A stretch of DNA of 64,000 bases from a virus: IMG/VR virus record IMGVR_UViG_3300021962_000066, positions 19,784 to 83,783 of that record, one strand, 5' to 3'. Position 1 is the stretch's first letter. Each line of letters opens with the position of its first letter. The translations under genes and the position numbers were made by a program. Shown in pieces: positions 9,607 to 18,268 of the stretch. The notes below the pieces were generated by a model. It ran no database searches, was not told the origin of the DNA, and saw nothing but the letters and a program-made list of their open reading frames with translations.

Positions 9607-10574
9607 TTTACCTCAACTCTCTTGTACTCTAAATCAAAAACGCATTTTTTAAATGGACATATTACATCTGCAACTGTTGTAAAATAATTGTCGTAATTAT
9701 ACGGAGTATTAATGTTGAATAAAGGTTTAGCAAAAGAGAATATCTCGCTGATACATCTGTAACAATTACCATCCCAATCGATTATTATTCGATCCTTAGC
9801 TACGCTGCACTTATAACCTAAAAAGTTAGTCTTATTATTTAGCCATAGCTCAAATTTTGATACACTACTAACAGTGTATGGGTCTGTTTGGTATTTAATA
9901 GTTTTATCGAAAAAAAGGCTATGTATAGCTAATTTAGAAATGTCTTCAGTTTTTTGCAGGTAGGCTAATTCACCTACATCACTCTCAACACGGTTCACCT
10001 TGCAATCAATAAGCGGAGATATCTCACAATACTCTATACCGAGTATAGAAACAGCTGTGTTAAAGCTGCCCATAACACATTTACGACTATTGTACATAAA
10101 TGTAATCTTACCAAGGAGATTAAGATTCTTAATCATAATACACTTTCTAAGAAATAAAGGCAGCTCAGTTTGAGTGTTGTGAAAGCTGCAGGATATTTTA
10201 AAGATATTACTATACTTCGCATATCTGCTGCAAAATGAAGAGAACCAATCTTCTGATCGTGACAAGTTAGTTAGAAAATCAATGGAGATATTAATCCTAT
10301 TAGCAGTACAATAGGCTAGCACACTATCCAAGAAACTGTTTAAATGGGTGTAAAGAGTCGGCTCGCCTCCGTATATAAATAAGTAGATCGGTCTCTTAAT
10401 GACTTTAGATATTGAGCCGATCATAGAGCAGACGTTATCTGCATTCAGCTGAGTAATAGGATTCTTATTTTGATGTAGATCGGTACAGTAATAGCAGTCG
10501 TAATTACATTTAGTTGTAAGTCTAACTTCTAAATTAAAGCGTTGCTGTTCCTCTCCTAGCGATACGATCTTTAT
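9603..10574 (-). CDS. Radical SAM protein with C-terminal Cys-rich (twitch/SPASM-like) domain; probable ATA start
   Basis: Frame is open 50 codons upstream of the ATG at 10424 and there encodes CNYDCYYC; GGEPTL, CSFH, C-terminal C..C..C. Confidence 0.85.
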   Translation of the reverse strand: MKIVSLGEEQQRFNLEVRLTTKCNYDCYYCTDLHQNKNPITQLNADNVCSMIGSISKVIKRPIYLFIYGGEPTLYTHLNSFLDSVLAYCTANRINISIDFLTNLSRSEDWFSSFCSRYAKYSNIFKISCSFHNTQTELPLFLRKCIMIKNLNLLGKITFMYNSRKCVMGSFNTAVSILGIEYCEISPLIDCKVNRVESDVGELAYLQKTEDISKLAIHSLFFDKTIKYQTDPYTVSSVSKFELWLNNKTNFLGYKCSVAKDRIIIDWDGNCYRCISEIFSFAKPLFNINTPYNYDNYFTTVADVICPFKKCVFDLEYKRVEVK

Positions 10575-11488
10575 AACCTCTCCTTATAGTATGAGTATTT
10601 TATATCACAGCAGCATCCTGTTTCTACATCGCAAATAACCTGCTTATCAATATTACTTCCGAGAGGCGTCATAGGTGTATGAGTACAGTGGTTTACTATT
10701 CGACCATCTGTCTTTATATACCACATTAACGGTGTGCATCGAAAACCCTTAAAAAATCTTAAGCCATGTTTTTGTATGTCATACTCATTTAAATTAGTCA
10801 TCTTACCGTTGATATTAAACGGGATATTACCTGTAATACTTTTAGGATTTTCTGCAATTACTGTTTTAAATGTTTCAAAAAACTTGTCAGTATATTTAGG
10901 AGACCAGCCTGCTCTCGTTGGAATTAGAAAATTAAACCCAACTGCAACACCTCGCTCTTTTAAGGTATTAATGAGACTGATAGTGCCTTCCCAATGCTCC
11001 TCAGTGTCTGACAGATTTATATTAGGAAAAATAGTTATATGCTTTGCATCTTTTATAGCAATACACTTATCTATAAAGACTGGCTTAAAGTATTCGGGAT
11101 GGTAAGAGGGTGTTATTTGCAGCTTATTACACTCAGGTATATCAAATTGCTGATAATATTCTAATGATCTAGAAAAATTTGTAACAAGTTCTATCTTAAG
11201 ACAATTTTTAATTGCATTTAGTCCCTTTACAATTTCAACCAAATCTGGATGCAATGTAGGTTCCCCGCCTAGCAACTCAACGTTAAACTTAGGTATGCGG
11301 TTAAGCGACAACTGCTTTACGACCTGTTTATACGACTGCAGCTTAGTAGTATCAATCTGCTTCTTCAAAAAGTGCTCTGCACTACAATACGAGCACCTGT
11401 AATTACACACGTCAACAAGGTCCCACGAAAATGTAACCAGCTTACAATTGGGGTCGCCAGCATGCTTAACGTCGTCTATTGTCATCAC
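10571..11488 (-). CDS. Radical SAM protein (twitch/SPASM-like C-terminus)
   Basis: CNYRCSYC, GGEPTLHP, SYHPE, FKGFRC..DG..C..CCCD. Confidence 0.92.
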   Translation of the reverse strand: MMTIDDVKHAGDPNCKLVTFSWDLVDVCNYRCSYCSAEHFLKKQIDTTKLQSYKQVVKQLSLNRIPKFNVELLGGEPTLHPDLVEIVKGLNAIKNCLKIELVTNFSRSLEYYQQFDIPECNKLQITPSYHPEYFKPVFIDKCIAIKDAKHITIFPNINLSDTEEHWEGTISLINTLKERGVAVGFNFLIPTRAGWSPKYTDKFFETFKTVIAENPKSITGNIPFNINGKMTNLNEYDIQKHGLRFFKGFRCTPLMWYIKTDGRIVNHCTHTPMTPLGSNIDKQVICDVETGCCCDIKYSYYKERL

Positions 11489-11495
11489 TTATTAC

Positions 11496-12467
11496 TTATT
11501 GAGTTTCCGAGTTATTCAATAATACTACTTTTTCTTTAAAAATCTTTAACAAGCCGTCACAATTGCAGCTACCGTGTGGGCATTTGACAGGCGTAATTGC
11601 TGTAATCTTTTTAAAGTAAAACGGGTCAGTTACAAGATTAACAGGTTGATCAAAGCATACTCTATGAACGACACCATCGTATGAGATCTCGTAATTATTA
11701 TTCCAGCAACTCCATCCCTTGAACCCCGTTAGTTCACGTTTAAAGAGATTGTAGTCATTGTACATAACCTTATCGCCCTTAACATCTTCAAAGGTGAAGT
11801 AGTTAGGATATGCGTTAAATCGTTTAAACTCATTATAAAATTCTTCGCTATAGTTCTCAGGCACATGTACGTCGCCGTTAGCATATAGGAAGTGTGGGTG
11901 TATCTCGATACCGCTCATCTCTTCAAGACTATCTACAAATTTATGAATCTTAGGCCATAATTCCTTTTTTGGATTTAGCATTACATTCACCTTACATCTA
12001 AACCCCTTGTCCTTAATAACTCTAATATTGTCCAGTAACCGTTTAAAGTCTTCTCCGTATTTGGATTCGTATTCAGTATGGAAACTCCACAAGAAGTACA
12101 TGTTGTTATAGTACTTGTGCTTTCTAAAAAAATCCGTATCTTTGGATCCATTTGTAGTAATATACAATCTACCGTCCGGGTGTTTAGAAATAGCAGCATG
12201 ACAGCCTTCTATTAACTCCTCGTAGCGAGGGTGGAGAGTAGGCTCTCCGCCTAAGAGACCCAAGAACACTGGTAGGGTTGCTCTACCGATACTGTTGATG
12301 ACTAGTTGCTGCTTATCCCACCTATCTATCCTGCCCCACTCATCGCCATACTCCTTCATCGCATAACAATATGAACATTTAAAGTTACACTGGGTACTTA
12401 CATCCCAATGAATATATAGTCGTTGTACCTTATGACCGGAGTCATATTGCTTGATAAAATCTGTCAT
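11496..12467 (-). CDS. Radical SAM protein (twitch/SPASM-like C-terminus)
   Basis: CNFKCSYC, GGEPTLHP, TNGS, SFHTE, FKGWSC..DG..C..CPHGSCNCD. Confidence 0.92.
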   Translation of the reverse strand: MTDFIKQYDSGHKVQRLYIHWDVSTQCNFKCSYCYAMKEYGDEWGRIDRWDKQQLVINSIGRATLPVFLGLLGGEPTLHPRYEELIEGCHAAISKHPDGRLYITTNGSKDTDFFRKHKYYNNMYFLWSFHTEYESKYGEDFKRLLDNIRVIKDKGFRCKVNVMLNPKKELWPKIHKFVDSLEEMSGIEIHPHFLYANGDVHVPENYSEEFYNEFKRFNAYPNYFTFEDVKGDKVMYNDYNLFKRELTGFKGWSCWNNNYEISYDGVVHRVCFDQPVNLVTDPFYFKKITAITPVKCPHGSCNCDGLLKIFKEKVVLLNNSETQ

Positions 12468-13101
12468 CTTTATTATAGGTATAGAAACTTATATTATCAC
12501 CACCGCTTGTGGTCTGTACCCAGCGCTCACCAATAATATACTTAATAGTTGCCGGTTGAAGGGAATGGAAAAGCTCTATGTCGTTATTAATATTATTACC
12601 GACCGGAAACGACTTAATTAATGATTTTCTGAACAGTATCTGACCGAGTTGAAAGTCACGTGGGGTATATTCTTTCAGGAATTTCGATAAGTCAGTCACT
12701 TCAAATAAATGTCGGTTTGACTTAGTGACACGCTTATATGCACAATAAGGCCCGATCTCAGCTATCAGCGGTTCCGAGACATATTCCAGATAGTTAACAT
12801 CCGACTCGAAGTCTAAATTATCAAAGAAGTTTCTTTTTATGTAGTCATCATCTTCTAAGAAATACACGAACTCACATAGGGACTGATCAAACAGAAACCT
12901 ATATAAATTGGAAAGGTCACTATCTCGTTTGTAGTGATATGATATAGGTATTGCAGTATTATAAATTTCGTCGATATCATTAGAGTCGTTGTTTACTATG
13001 ACTTCGACACCGGGCGGCACTTTGCAGGCTAATATACTTTCAATACACCGCTTAAACAGCTTTGGTCTATTGTGGGTTAATATTAAAATGCTAAGTTTCA
13101 T
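12442..13101 (-). CDS. GT2 family glycosyltransferase
   Basis: LSILILTHNRPKLFKRCIESIL, VIVNND, YFLEDDD. Confidence 0.88.
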   Translation of the reverse strand: MKLSILILTHNRPKLFKRCIESILACKVPPGVEVIVNNDSNDIDEIYNTAIPISYHYKRDSDLSNLYRFLFDQSLCEFVYFLEDDDYIKRNFFDNLDFESDVNYLEYVSEPLIAEIGPYCAYKRVTKSNRHLFEVTDLSKFLKEYTPRDFQLGQILFRKSLIKSFPVGNNINNDIELFHSLQPATIKYIIGERWVQTTSGGDNISFYTYNKDDRFYQAI

Positions 13102-14105
13102 TTTCTATATTTTACGTGATCGAGGCCATCATAGCATGTAGTATTGATGCAAACTACATCTGACTTCAAGAATGCATTAACATCAATATCGGCTAAGTTT
13201 GCCCCGCGTATTTGTTTATTATAGTCATCATTACAGTGATAAACCTGTAAAGTATGGTCAATAACTATATTCTTTTTGCCACACTCACACCACATATGTT
13301 TAAATTTCGTATGTATTTTGCTAGCCTTTACCTCGCTGTAGTTTTTCACAGTACCATCAATATTAAAGTTCCAGCCTTCTTCGAAATATTCTTTAAAGTG
13401 TGGATATTTTCTGGTAAAGTATCTATACTCTAAACTCTTACCATTATCATCTCCTCTTAAATAGTCATCAGTTAGGTGCACCTTATAATCTGGTAAGTTG
13501 AGAAAAGTTAAATTTTCTATCTCAGTAAATTTCAGCTTTATCTTGCCGGGGAATCTACTATTTAAAAGATTAAACTCAGATAGAAATTGATCCTCTCTAC
13601 CGATTTCTGTACTAAAGAAGCACAACCCCATAGCATTGTATTTGTTGCTTAGATACAGTTTTTTTGAAAACTCATCGACCGACTGCTTACCTATATGATA
13701 GCTACTGCAAATGTCAATTTTTGCCGTACAGGTAGTAGCTGTTTGTAGAAATACCTCTAAACGGTCATAAGCAATACTTAAATTTGTCTGGGTTTGTAGG
13801 AAGAGTTCTCTATCGGAAAATATCTTTATAAGTTCAAAGTGTAAATGTTCCCAATATCTGCTTAGCGTTGGCTCTCCGCCATAGAAGTAGAAAAACAACC
13901 GCCTTTTGCTCACGGGTATTTGAGACAGTTTAGAAATTACTGCTGCACAGTCTGCCTCAGACCACTGCGTAGACGTGTTGTTATACTCATTACAGAACCA
14001 GCATGCGTGATTACACTTGAATGATGGTTTTAAAGTGACTTTCAGATCATACTCAGGGAATTGAGCAGTCTTTATTATCTCAAACTTATGTATTAAAGCA
14101 GACAT
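13098..14105 (-). CDS. Radical SAM protein (twitch/SPASM-like C-terminus)
   Basis: CNHACWFC, YGGEPTL, QTNLS, SSYH, C-terminal CECG..C..C..CYDG. Confidence 0.92.
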   Translation of the reverse strand: MSALIHKFEIIKTAQFPEYDLKVTLKPSFKCNHACWFCNEYNNTSTQWSEADCAAVISKLSQIPVSKRRLFFYFYGGEPTLSRYWEHLHFELIKIFSDRELFLQTQTNLSIAYDRLEVFLQTATTCTAKIDICSSYHIGKQSVDEFSKKLYLSNKYNAMGLCFFSTEIGREDQFLSEFNLLNSRFPGKIKLKFTEIENLTFLNLPDYKVHLTDDYLRGDDNGKSLEYRYFTRKYPHFKEYFEEGWNFNIDGTVKNYSEVKASKIHTKFKHMWCECGKKNIVIDHTLQVYHCNDDYNKQIRGANLADIDVNAFLKSDVVCINTTCYDGLDHVKYRK

Positions 14106-15045
14106 TCTGTATAATATTAATTATGCTATCATCGCTCTGAAGCGATACCGAACTAATGTCTGTGTCTATATCAAGCTTTCGATATTTTAACCCGGTGTCT
14201 ATATTTAAATATGCCTCGTCGATGTTATAATAGATAACATCTTTACCGTAATGCTTACACTCAGCAATAAATCTCGGGCTACAGTCGAACATTGTAGTCG
14301 TCGGAGTATATATGTATGTTGAAAACTTACTAAACAGATCTAAAACAGGTGCAGATAGAAAACTAACCTCAGTAATATGCTTAAACTTATCGGTGTATGC
14401 TTCAGGGAATGATGTTATAGCTATAAATTTTTTAAATTGAGGGTAAAGTTGAGACATCTGACAAAGGATTTCGTCAGATATGGCTCTACAGTTCTTAGTA
14501 CAGTATAGTAATGCAGTATCGACCTCTGCTGATACTGCAGACTTAAGCTTAGAGAAGAGTATTTTTTTCCTGTAGTCTATTGCAATATTAATATCTTTTG
14601 GCGTGCATTTATATACCCGGTTATCCTGTAATAGGGTTATATTATTATACCGCAGGTCATGAAACGTATCTAAACGTGAACACTTAAACGCCAACACGTT
14701 ATCGAATATTAGTTTTACACCGAAGTGTTGAAAGTTTCTATTTAAGCCGCCATCAACGAAGAGAATATTCTTGCCCTTTAATATTTTTGGTCTAGATGCA
14801 AAGTAAGTATTATTCCTTATATCGCTAACCTCTCTGCTTGTTACATTATACTTATCAGTAATGATTGACTCAATTTCACTCCAAGTGAAGTCTTCTCCTA
14901 TGAATATGCCAGTTTTATATCGCTGTGAAAGTATGAAGTAGTAGTCAAAAATTTCATAAATATGCCCGCATATTCCGTGATTATTGTCAGGAGGCCAGGT
15001 AACTGATAAAAATATATCATAGTTTGCATCTAATACTTTAATCAT
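14086..15045 (-). CDS. Hypothetical cluster protein, possibly a GT-B-like glycosyltransferase
   Basis: FDCSPRFIAECKHYGK resembles the GT-B 'P....EA...G' segment; overlaps both neighbours. Confidence 0.45.
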   Translation of the reverse strand: MIKVLDANYDIFLSVTWPPDNNHGICGHIYEIFDYYFILSQRYKTGIFIGEDFTWSEIESIITDKYNVTSREVSDIRNNTYFASRPKILKGKNILFVDGGLNRNFQHFGVKLIFDNVLAFKCSRLDTFHDLRYNNITLLQDNRVYKCTPKDINIAIDYRKKILFSKLKSAVSAEVDTALLYCTKNCRAISDEILCQMSQLYPQFKKFIAITSFPEAYTDKFKHITEVSFLSAPVLDLFSKFSTYIYTPTTTMFDCSPRFIAECKHYGKDVIYYNIDEAYLNIDTGLKYRKLDIDTDISSVSLQSDDSIINIIQNVCFNT

Positions 15046-16072
15046 ACATACCGGATCTATAGAAGTTAACTCGTCTTATCTTCTTGCCCGAGACGGGGTA
15101 TACCGGTGCATCTAGCTTCTTTTCAATCCCGTCACAAATATAGTAAAATTTACAGGTAATACAACTGTTAGGCTTTTTATAATCATTTGATCGATCTTTT
15201 GCAGCAACATCATGCGCTATTAAAATCTTCTCATTCTCAGTATACGCTTTAGATACATCTAGCGTACCACTATACATCTCTTTATTCCAATCATACCTAT
15301 CGTATATGTGTTGATACTGATTACATACGTACTTTTCGTAGCCAATCATATAGCAATACGGGGTATATCGGACATTAATAGTCTTTATATCGTCTTTTAT
15401 AATGTCGATACACTTCTTAATATGGGTTGTGAGGGTTAAATAGTCAGCCTGTTCAAAATTTTTATTATCCTCCCAATAGTTAAGAGTAAGAAAATTAATC
15501 TCAAGAGGCTTAATTGATAATAGAAGCTTACTGTACTCTTCCAACCCTTCGCAGTTCTTTTGATAAACTGTGCAATTTATTCTGACAATAATTTTATGTT
15601 TTTTAGCATTGTCGATTGCTTGGAGTATCTTAATATAAGAACCCTTTCTATCAGTAATCTGATCGTGTACCTGTTCGTTAAATCCATGGAGACTAAATAG
15701 TATCTCTTTTAGTCCGTGTTCTTTCGATTTCTTAAGAAAGGCTTCATTAGCAAATTTATAGCCGTTACTAAGACAGCTAATATGTTCAAATCTTTGATTA
15801 CAGTAATCTAGGAGCTCAAACCAATCTTTATGTACACTTGACTCACCACCTGAAAGATCGACCTCAGTAATACCATATCGGTGTAGATAATCGACCCTGT
15901 CCTTAATTACCGATAGTGGGGTATTTACATCAAGACGGTCCTTATAGTAGCAAAACTCGCAATTATAATTGCAGAGTGTACCTGTATCTAATTTTGCTCT
16001 GTTACACCGTTTTGTATCAAAATCTATATCTATGCCGTGAGTACTAATGACGTTAAGATTCATTGCAAACAA
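15038..16072 (-). CDS. Radical SAM protein with C-terminal CxxCxxxxxC (second subtype)
   Basis: CNYNCEFC, SGGESS, SNG, FSLHG, RYTPYCYM, CITCKFYYICDG. Confidence 0.92.
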   Translation of the reverse strand: MFAMNLNVISTHGIDIDFDTKRCNRAKLDTGTLCNYNCEFCYYKDRLDVNTPLSVIKDRVDYLHRYGITEVDLSGGESSVHKDWFELLDYCNQRFEHISCLSNGYKFANEAFLKKSKEHGLKEILFSLHGFNEQVHDQITDRKGSYIKILQAIDNAKKHKIIVRINCTVYQKNCEGLEEYSKLLLSIKPLEINFLTLNYWEDNKNFEQADYLTLTTHIKKCIDIIKDDIKTINVRYTPYCYMIGYEKYVCNQYQHIYDRYDWNKEMYSGTLDVSKAYTENEKILIAHDVAAKDRSNDYKKPNSCITCKFYYICDGIEKKLDAPVYPVSGKKIRRVNFYRSGMYD

Positions 16073-16766
16073 AATCCGGGGCAGGCAATAAAAGCGAAGG
16101 CCAGAATGAGGTTAATGCTTTAACGGTTTTGAATTGGGTTAGATCAACTTCTTGAGGCACATCTCGAAACATTTGCTTGATTATAGCTATATCAGCAATA
16201 TCGCTCGACAATGAACTAGTCAATGTCTCCTTCTCTAGGTTATCTAACTCCTGTAGATTCTTATTTCGATGCTCACGTATTAACTTCATCCAGCCTACTC
16301 GACACTGATTTAAAGTAGTCTCGTCAACTGATTCACCCTCTATATCTCGCTTATCATCTATGCCTAGATGCTTGCAGAGTATTAGCGGGGTTCTGTAAGC
16401 ATTCGGATTTGTTCCGAATATATGATTAAACGTATCAATCTGAAATAATCCGGTGTATAGCTTAGCCTCAGTATACCACCTAGTGAAGATCTGTTCGCTC
16501 TTTTCGAAAAATTCAGGGGATTGTTTAGAGTAGAATTTAGCTATGTCCTCACCGAGTAGAGGTACGGTTTGACCACATGACATAAGTATACCGATATTAT
16601 CACTATTGACCTCCACCTCACGCTGTAAAATTTCATCAAAAAATCCGTTATTTGAGTTGTTGCCCTTCTTGACGTATATAAAGCGCTCTATATGGTTAGT
16701 TCGAACACCAATGACGCAGTGGGTATTATCATTAACGCCTCTTGCCCAGTTATGAATTGTATGCAT
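16053..16766 (-). CDS. Protein with C-terminal phage tail/fibre assembly chaperone-like domain
   Basis: IREHRNKNLQELD...KQMFRDVPQ...WP follows the R..RN.LL..D / RQ.LRD.P / WP pattern of tail assembly chaperones. Confidence 0.55.
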   Translation of the reverse strand: MHTIHNWARGVNDNTHCVIGVRTNHIERFIYVKKGNNSNNGFFDEILQREVEVNSDNIGILMSCGQTVPLLGEDIAKFYSKQSPEFFEKSEQIFTRWYTEAKLYTGLFQIDTFNHIFGTNPNAYRTPLILCKHLGIDDKRDIEGESVDETTLNQCRVGWMKLIREHRNKNLQELDNLEKETLTSSLSSDIADIAIIKQMFRDVPQEVDLTQFKTVKALTSFWPSLLLPAPDFVCNES

Positions 16767-16769
16767 ATA

Positions 16770-17348
16770 CTAAGATCTTTGTGTACCGTCAATATTAACC
16801 CTCTTACCAGTCGCTCCGCCGTATGGTACCTCGATGGTAGTGGCTTCTTCCGCTCCGGTTTTATTGTCTCTAATCGTAACTGAGTAGGTACCAGCATTTA
16901 AAGCAGATTTAGTAAAGACGGTTTGTGTATCGGGGTTTATGGTAACCGCCGGATCAGATCCTACTGTGATGACGGCCAGACGTGCACTAGCAAACTGTGC
17001 AAACGAAGTTTGCGATATAGTGATTACAATCGTCCCATTATTAAGAGTTTTGTATTTCGATGGGGTTTCCGGCGTCGACGTGATCAGCGCCTTCAGTATC
17101 TGAGCGCCTTTAAACTCACCAAAACTAAACGGTTCACCCGGAGTTAAATTTTCAACTTCACCATATTGAACAAACAAATCGTTAATTTCAGAGATCTTTG
17201 AATTAGATCTATTTGTTTCCCTACTAGCGAGCGAACTTACATCGCTGCCCTGTAACGTCGCATTTAAACTACGCGTAGAGGTGGCCGCAGCACCTACGGA
17301 GATGGGTGCTGCGGCGTCATTTGGTATTGCTGTACCGGCATGTGGCAT
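16770..17348 (-). CDS. Hypothetical virion protein, beta-rich (Ig-like) C-terminal half
   Basis: Ala/Ser/Thr-rich; LNAGTYSVTIRD motif; in the tail operon. Confidence 0.5.
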   Translation of the reverse strand: MPHAGTAIPNDAAAPISVGAAATSTRSLNATLQGSDVSSLASRETNRSNSKISEINDLFVQYGEVENLTPGEPFSFGEFKGAQILKALITSTPETPSKYKTLNNGTIVITISQTSFAQFASARLAVITVGSDPAVTINPDTQTVFTKSALNAGTYSVTIRDNKTGAEEATTIEVPYGGATGKRVNIDGTQRS

Positions 17349-17374
17349 ATTTTAATTATGTATTATTATATTGA

Positions 17375-18259
17375 TTACTCACTATACTCAACTTGTATGT
17401 ATATATCGTCTGCTACATATGGCATACCCGGACCATATTGTGTAGTAATCAGAGCACCAAGACTACTGTATGTAGAGAAGAGTGTTGAGGTAGTGGATAA
17501 ATAGTTGGCTACGTTTATAACATCGCCTTCACTTAAAGTGATAGCTGATATAGGGTATGCGCTAGATGAACTCGAGGATAACCCCATATAGTAAGCACCA
17601 GATACGTTATAATCTATAGTAACGTCATACCCGTTAATATTAACGTTCTGTACTTGGAATACTTGATTACTTAAACTCGTAGTATAACCGACATAGAATC
17701 TCTCGTACGCTATCATAGCGCTATCCATCTGAACATTCAGATAGTTATTATACTTAGCCTCAGATTTATTCTTTAAGTCGACGATTATTTGACGACCAAA
17801 ATCTGTTATTCTAATTCGGGCATTCTTAATCTCTGCTGTAGCACTGTTTGGACTATATAAAGTGAACGGATGAGTAACTGTGCTAAGATTGTCGGTCTTA
17901 GTTATAAAGCTATACGCATTAGCGGGTCCTCTGAGGCATATAGTGTTAGGGTTTGCAGCGGAAGTACCGCCCGTACCGGTGGAACTTAATGAGAACTGCC
18001 CGCTAAAATCGAAGCCGATTCCTAATTGAGCATCTTTAATACCAGATACGCCCGAGACCGAGCTATAGCACATGCCTGCAGACAAAGTGTACCCGTCGGG
18101 TGCAACTCTATAATACGGTAAAAATCCCAATACAAAGCCACCGTCTATAACATTATTAGTACTATATGCCTTATAATCAATAGTTATCGTTAGATCTTTA
18201 CTGTATACGTCAAAGATCTTAGTAAAAACTATTGATTCCTGAATTGGTGTAAATGGCAT
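17375..18259 (-). CDS. L-type (legume/ConA-like) lectin-domain virion protein
   Basis: DGGFVLGF, LGIGFDFSGQF, FYVGYTTS pattern of bacterial L-lectins. Confidence 0.65.
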   Translation of the reverse strand: MPFTPIQESIVFTKIFDVYSKDLTITIDYKAYSTNNVIDGGFVLGFLPYYRVAPDGYTLSAGMCYSSVSGVSGIKDAQLGIGFDFSGQFSLSSTGTGGTSAANPNTICLRGPANAYSFITKTDNLSTVTHPFTLYSPNSATAEIKNARIRITDFGRQIIVDLKNKSEAKYNNYLNVQMDSAMIAYERFYVGYTTSLSNQVFQVQNVNINGYDVTIDYNVSGAYYMGLSSSSSSAYPISAITLSEGDVINVANYLSTTSTLFSTYSSLGALITTQYGPGMPYVADDIYIQVEYSE

Positions 18260-18268
18260 ATATATAGA

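Noticed and set aside
9603-16072. Radical SAM genes as QueE, NrdG, viperin or a RiPP maturase set
   Set aside because: They lack the family-specific features I can recognise (QueE FIR..GC, viperin N.H..CN..C.FCF), and no short precursor-peptide ORF is evident in the tightly packed cluster; a RiPP-like role on a protein substrate is not excluded
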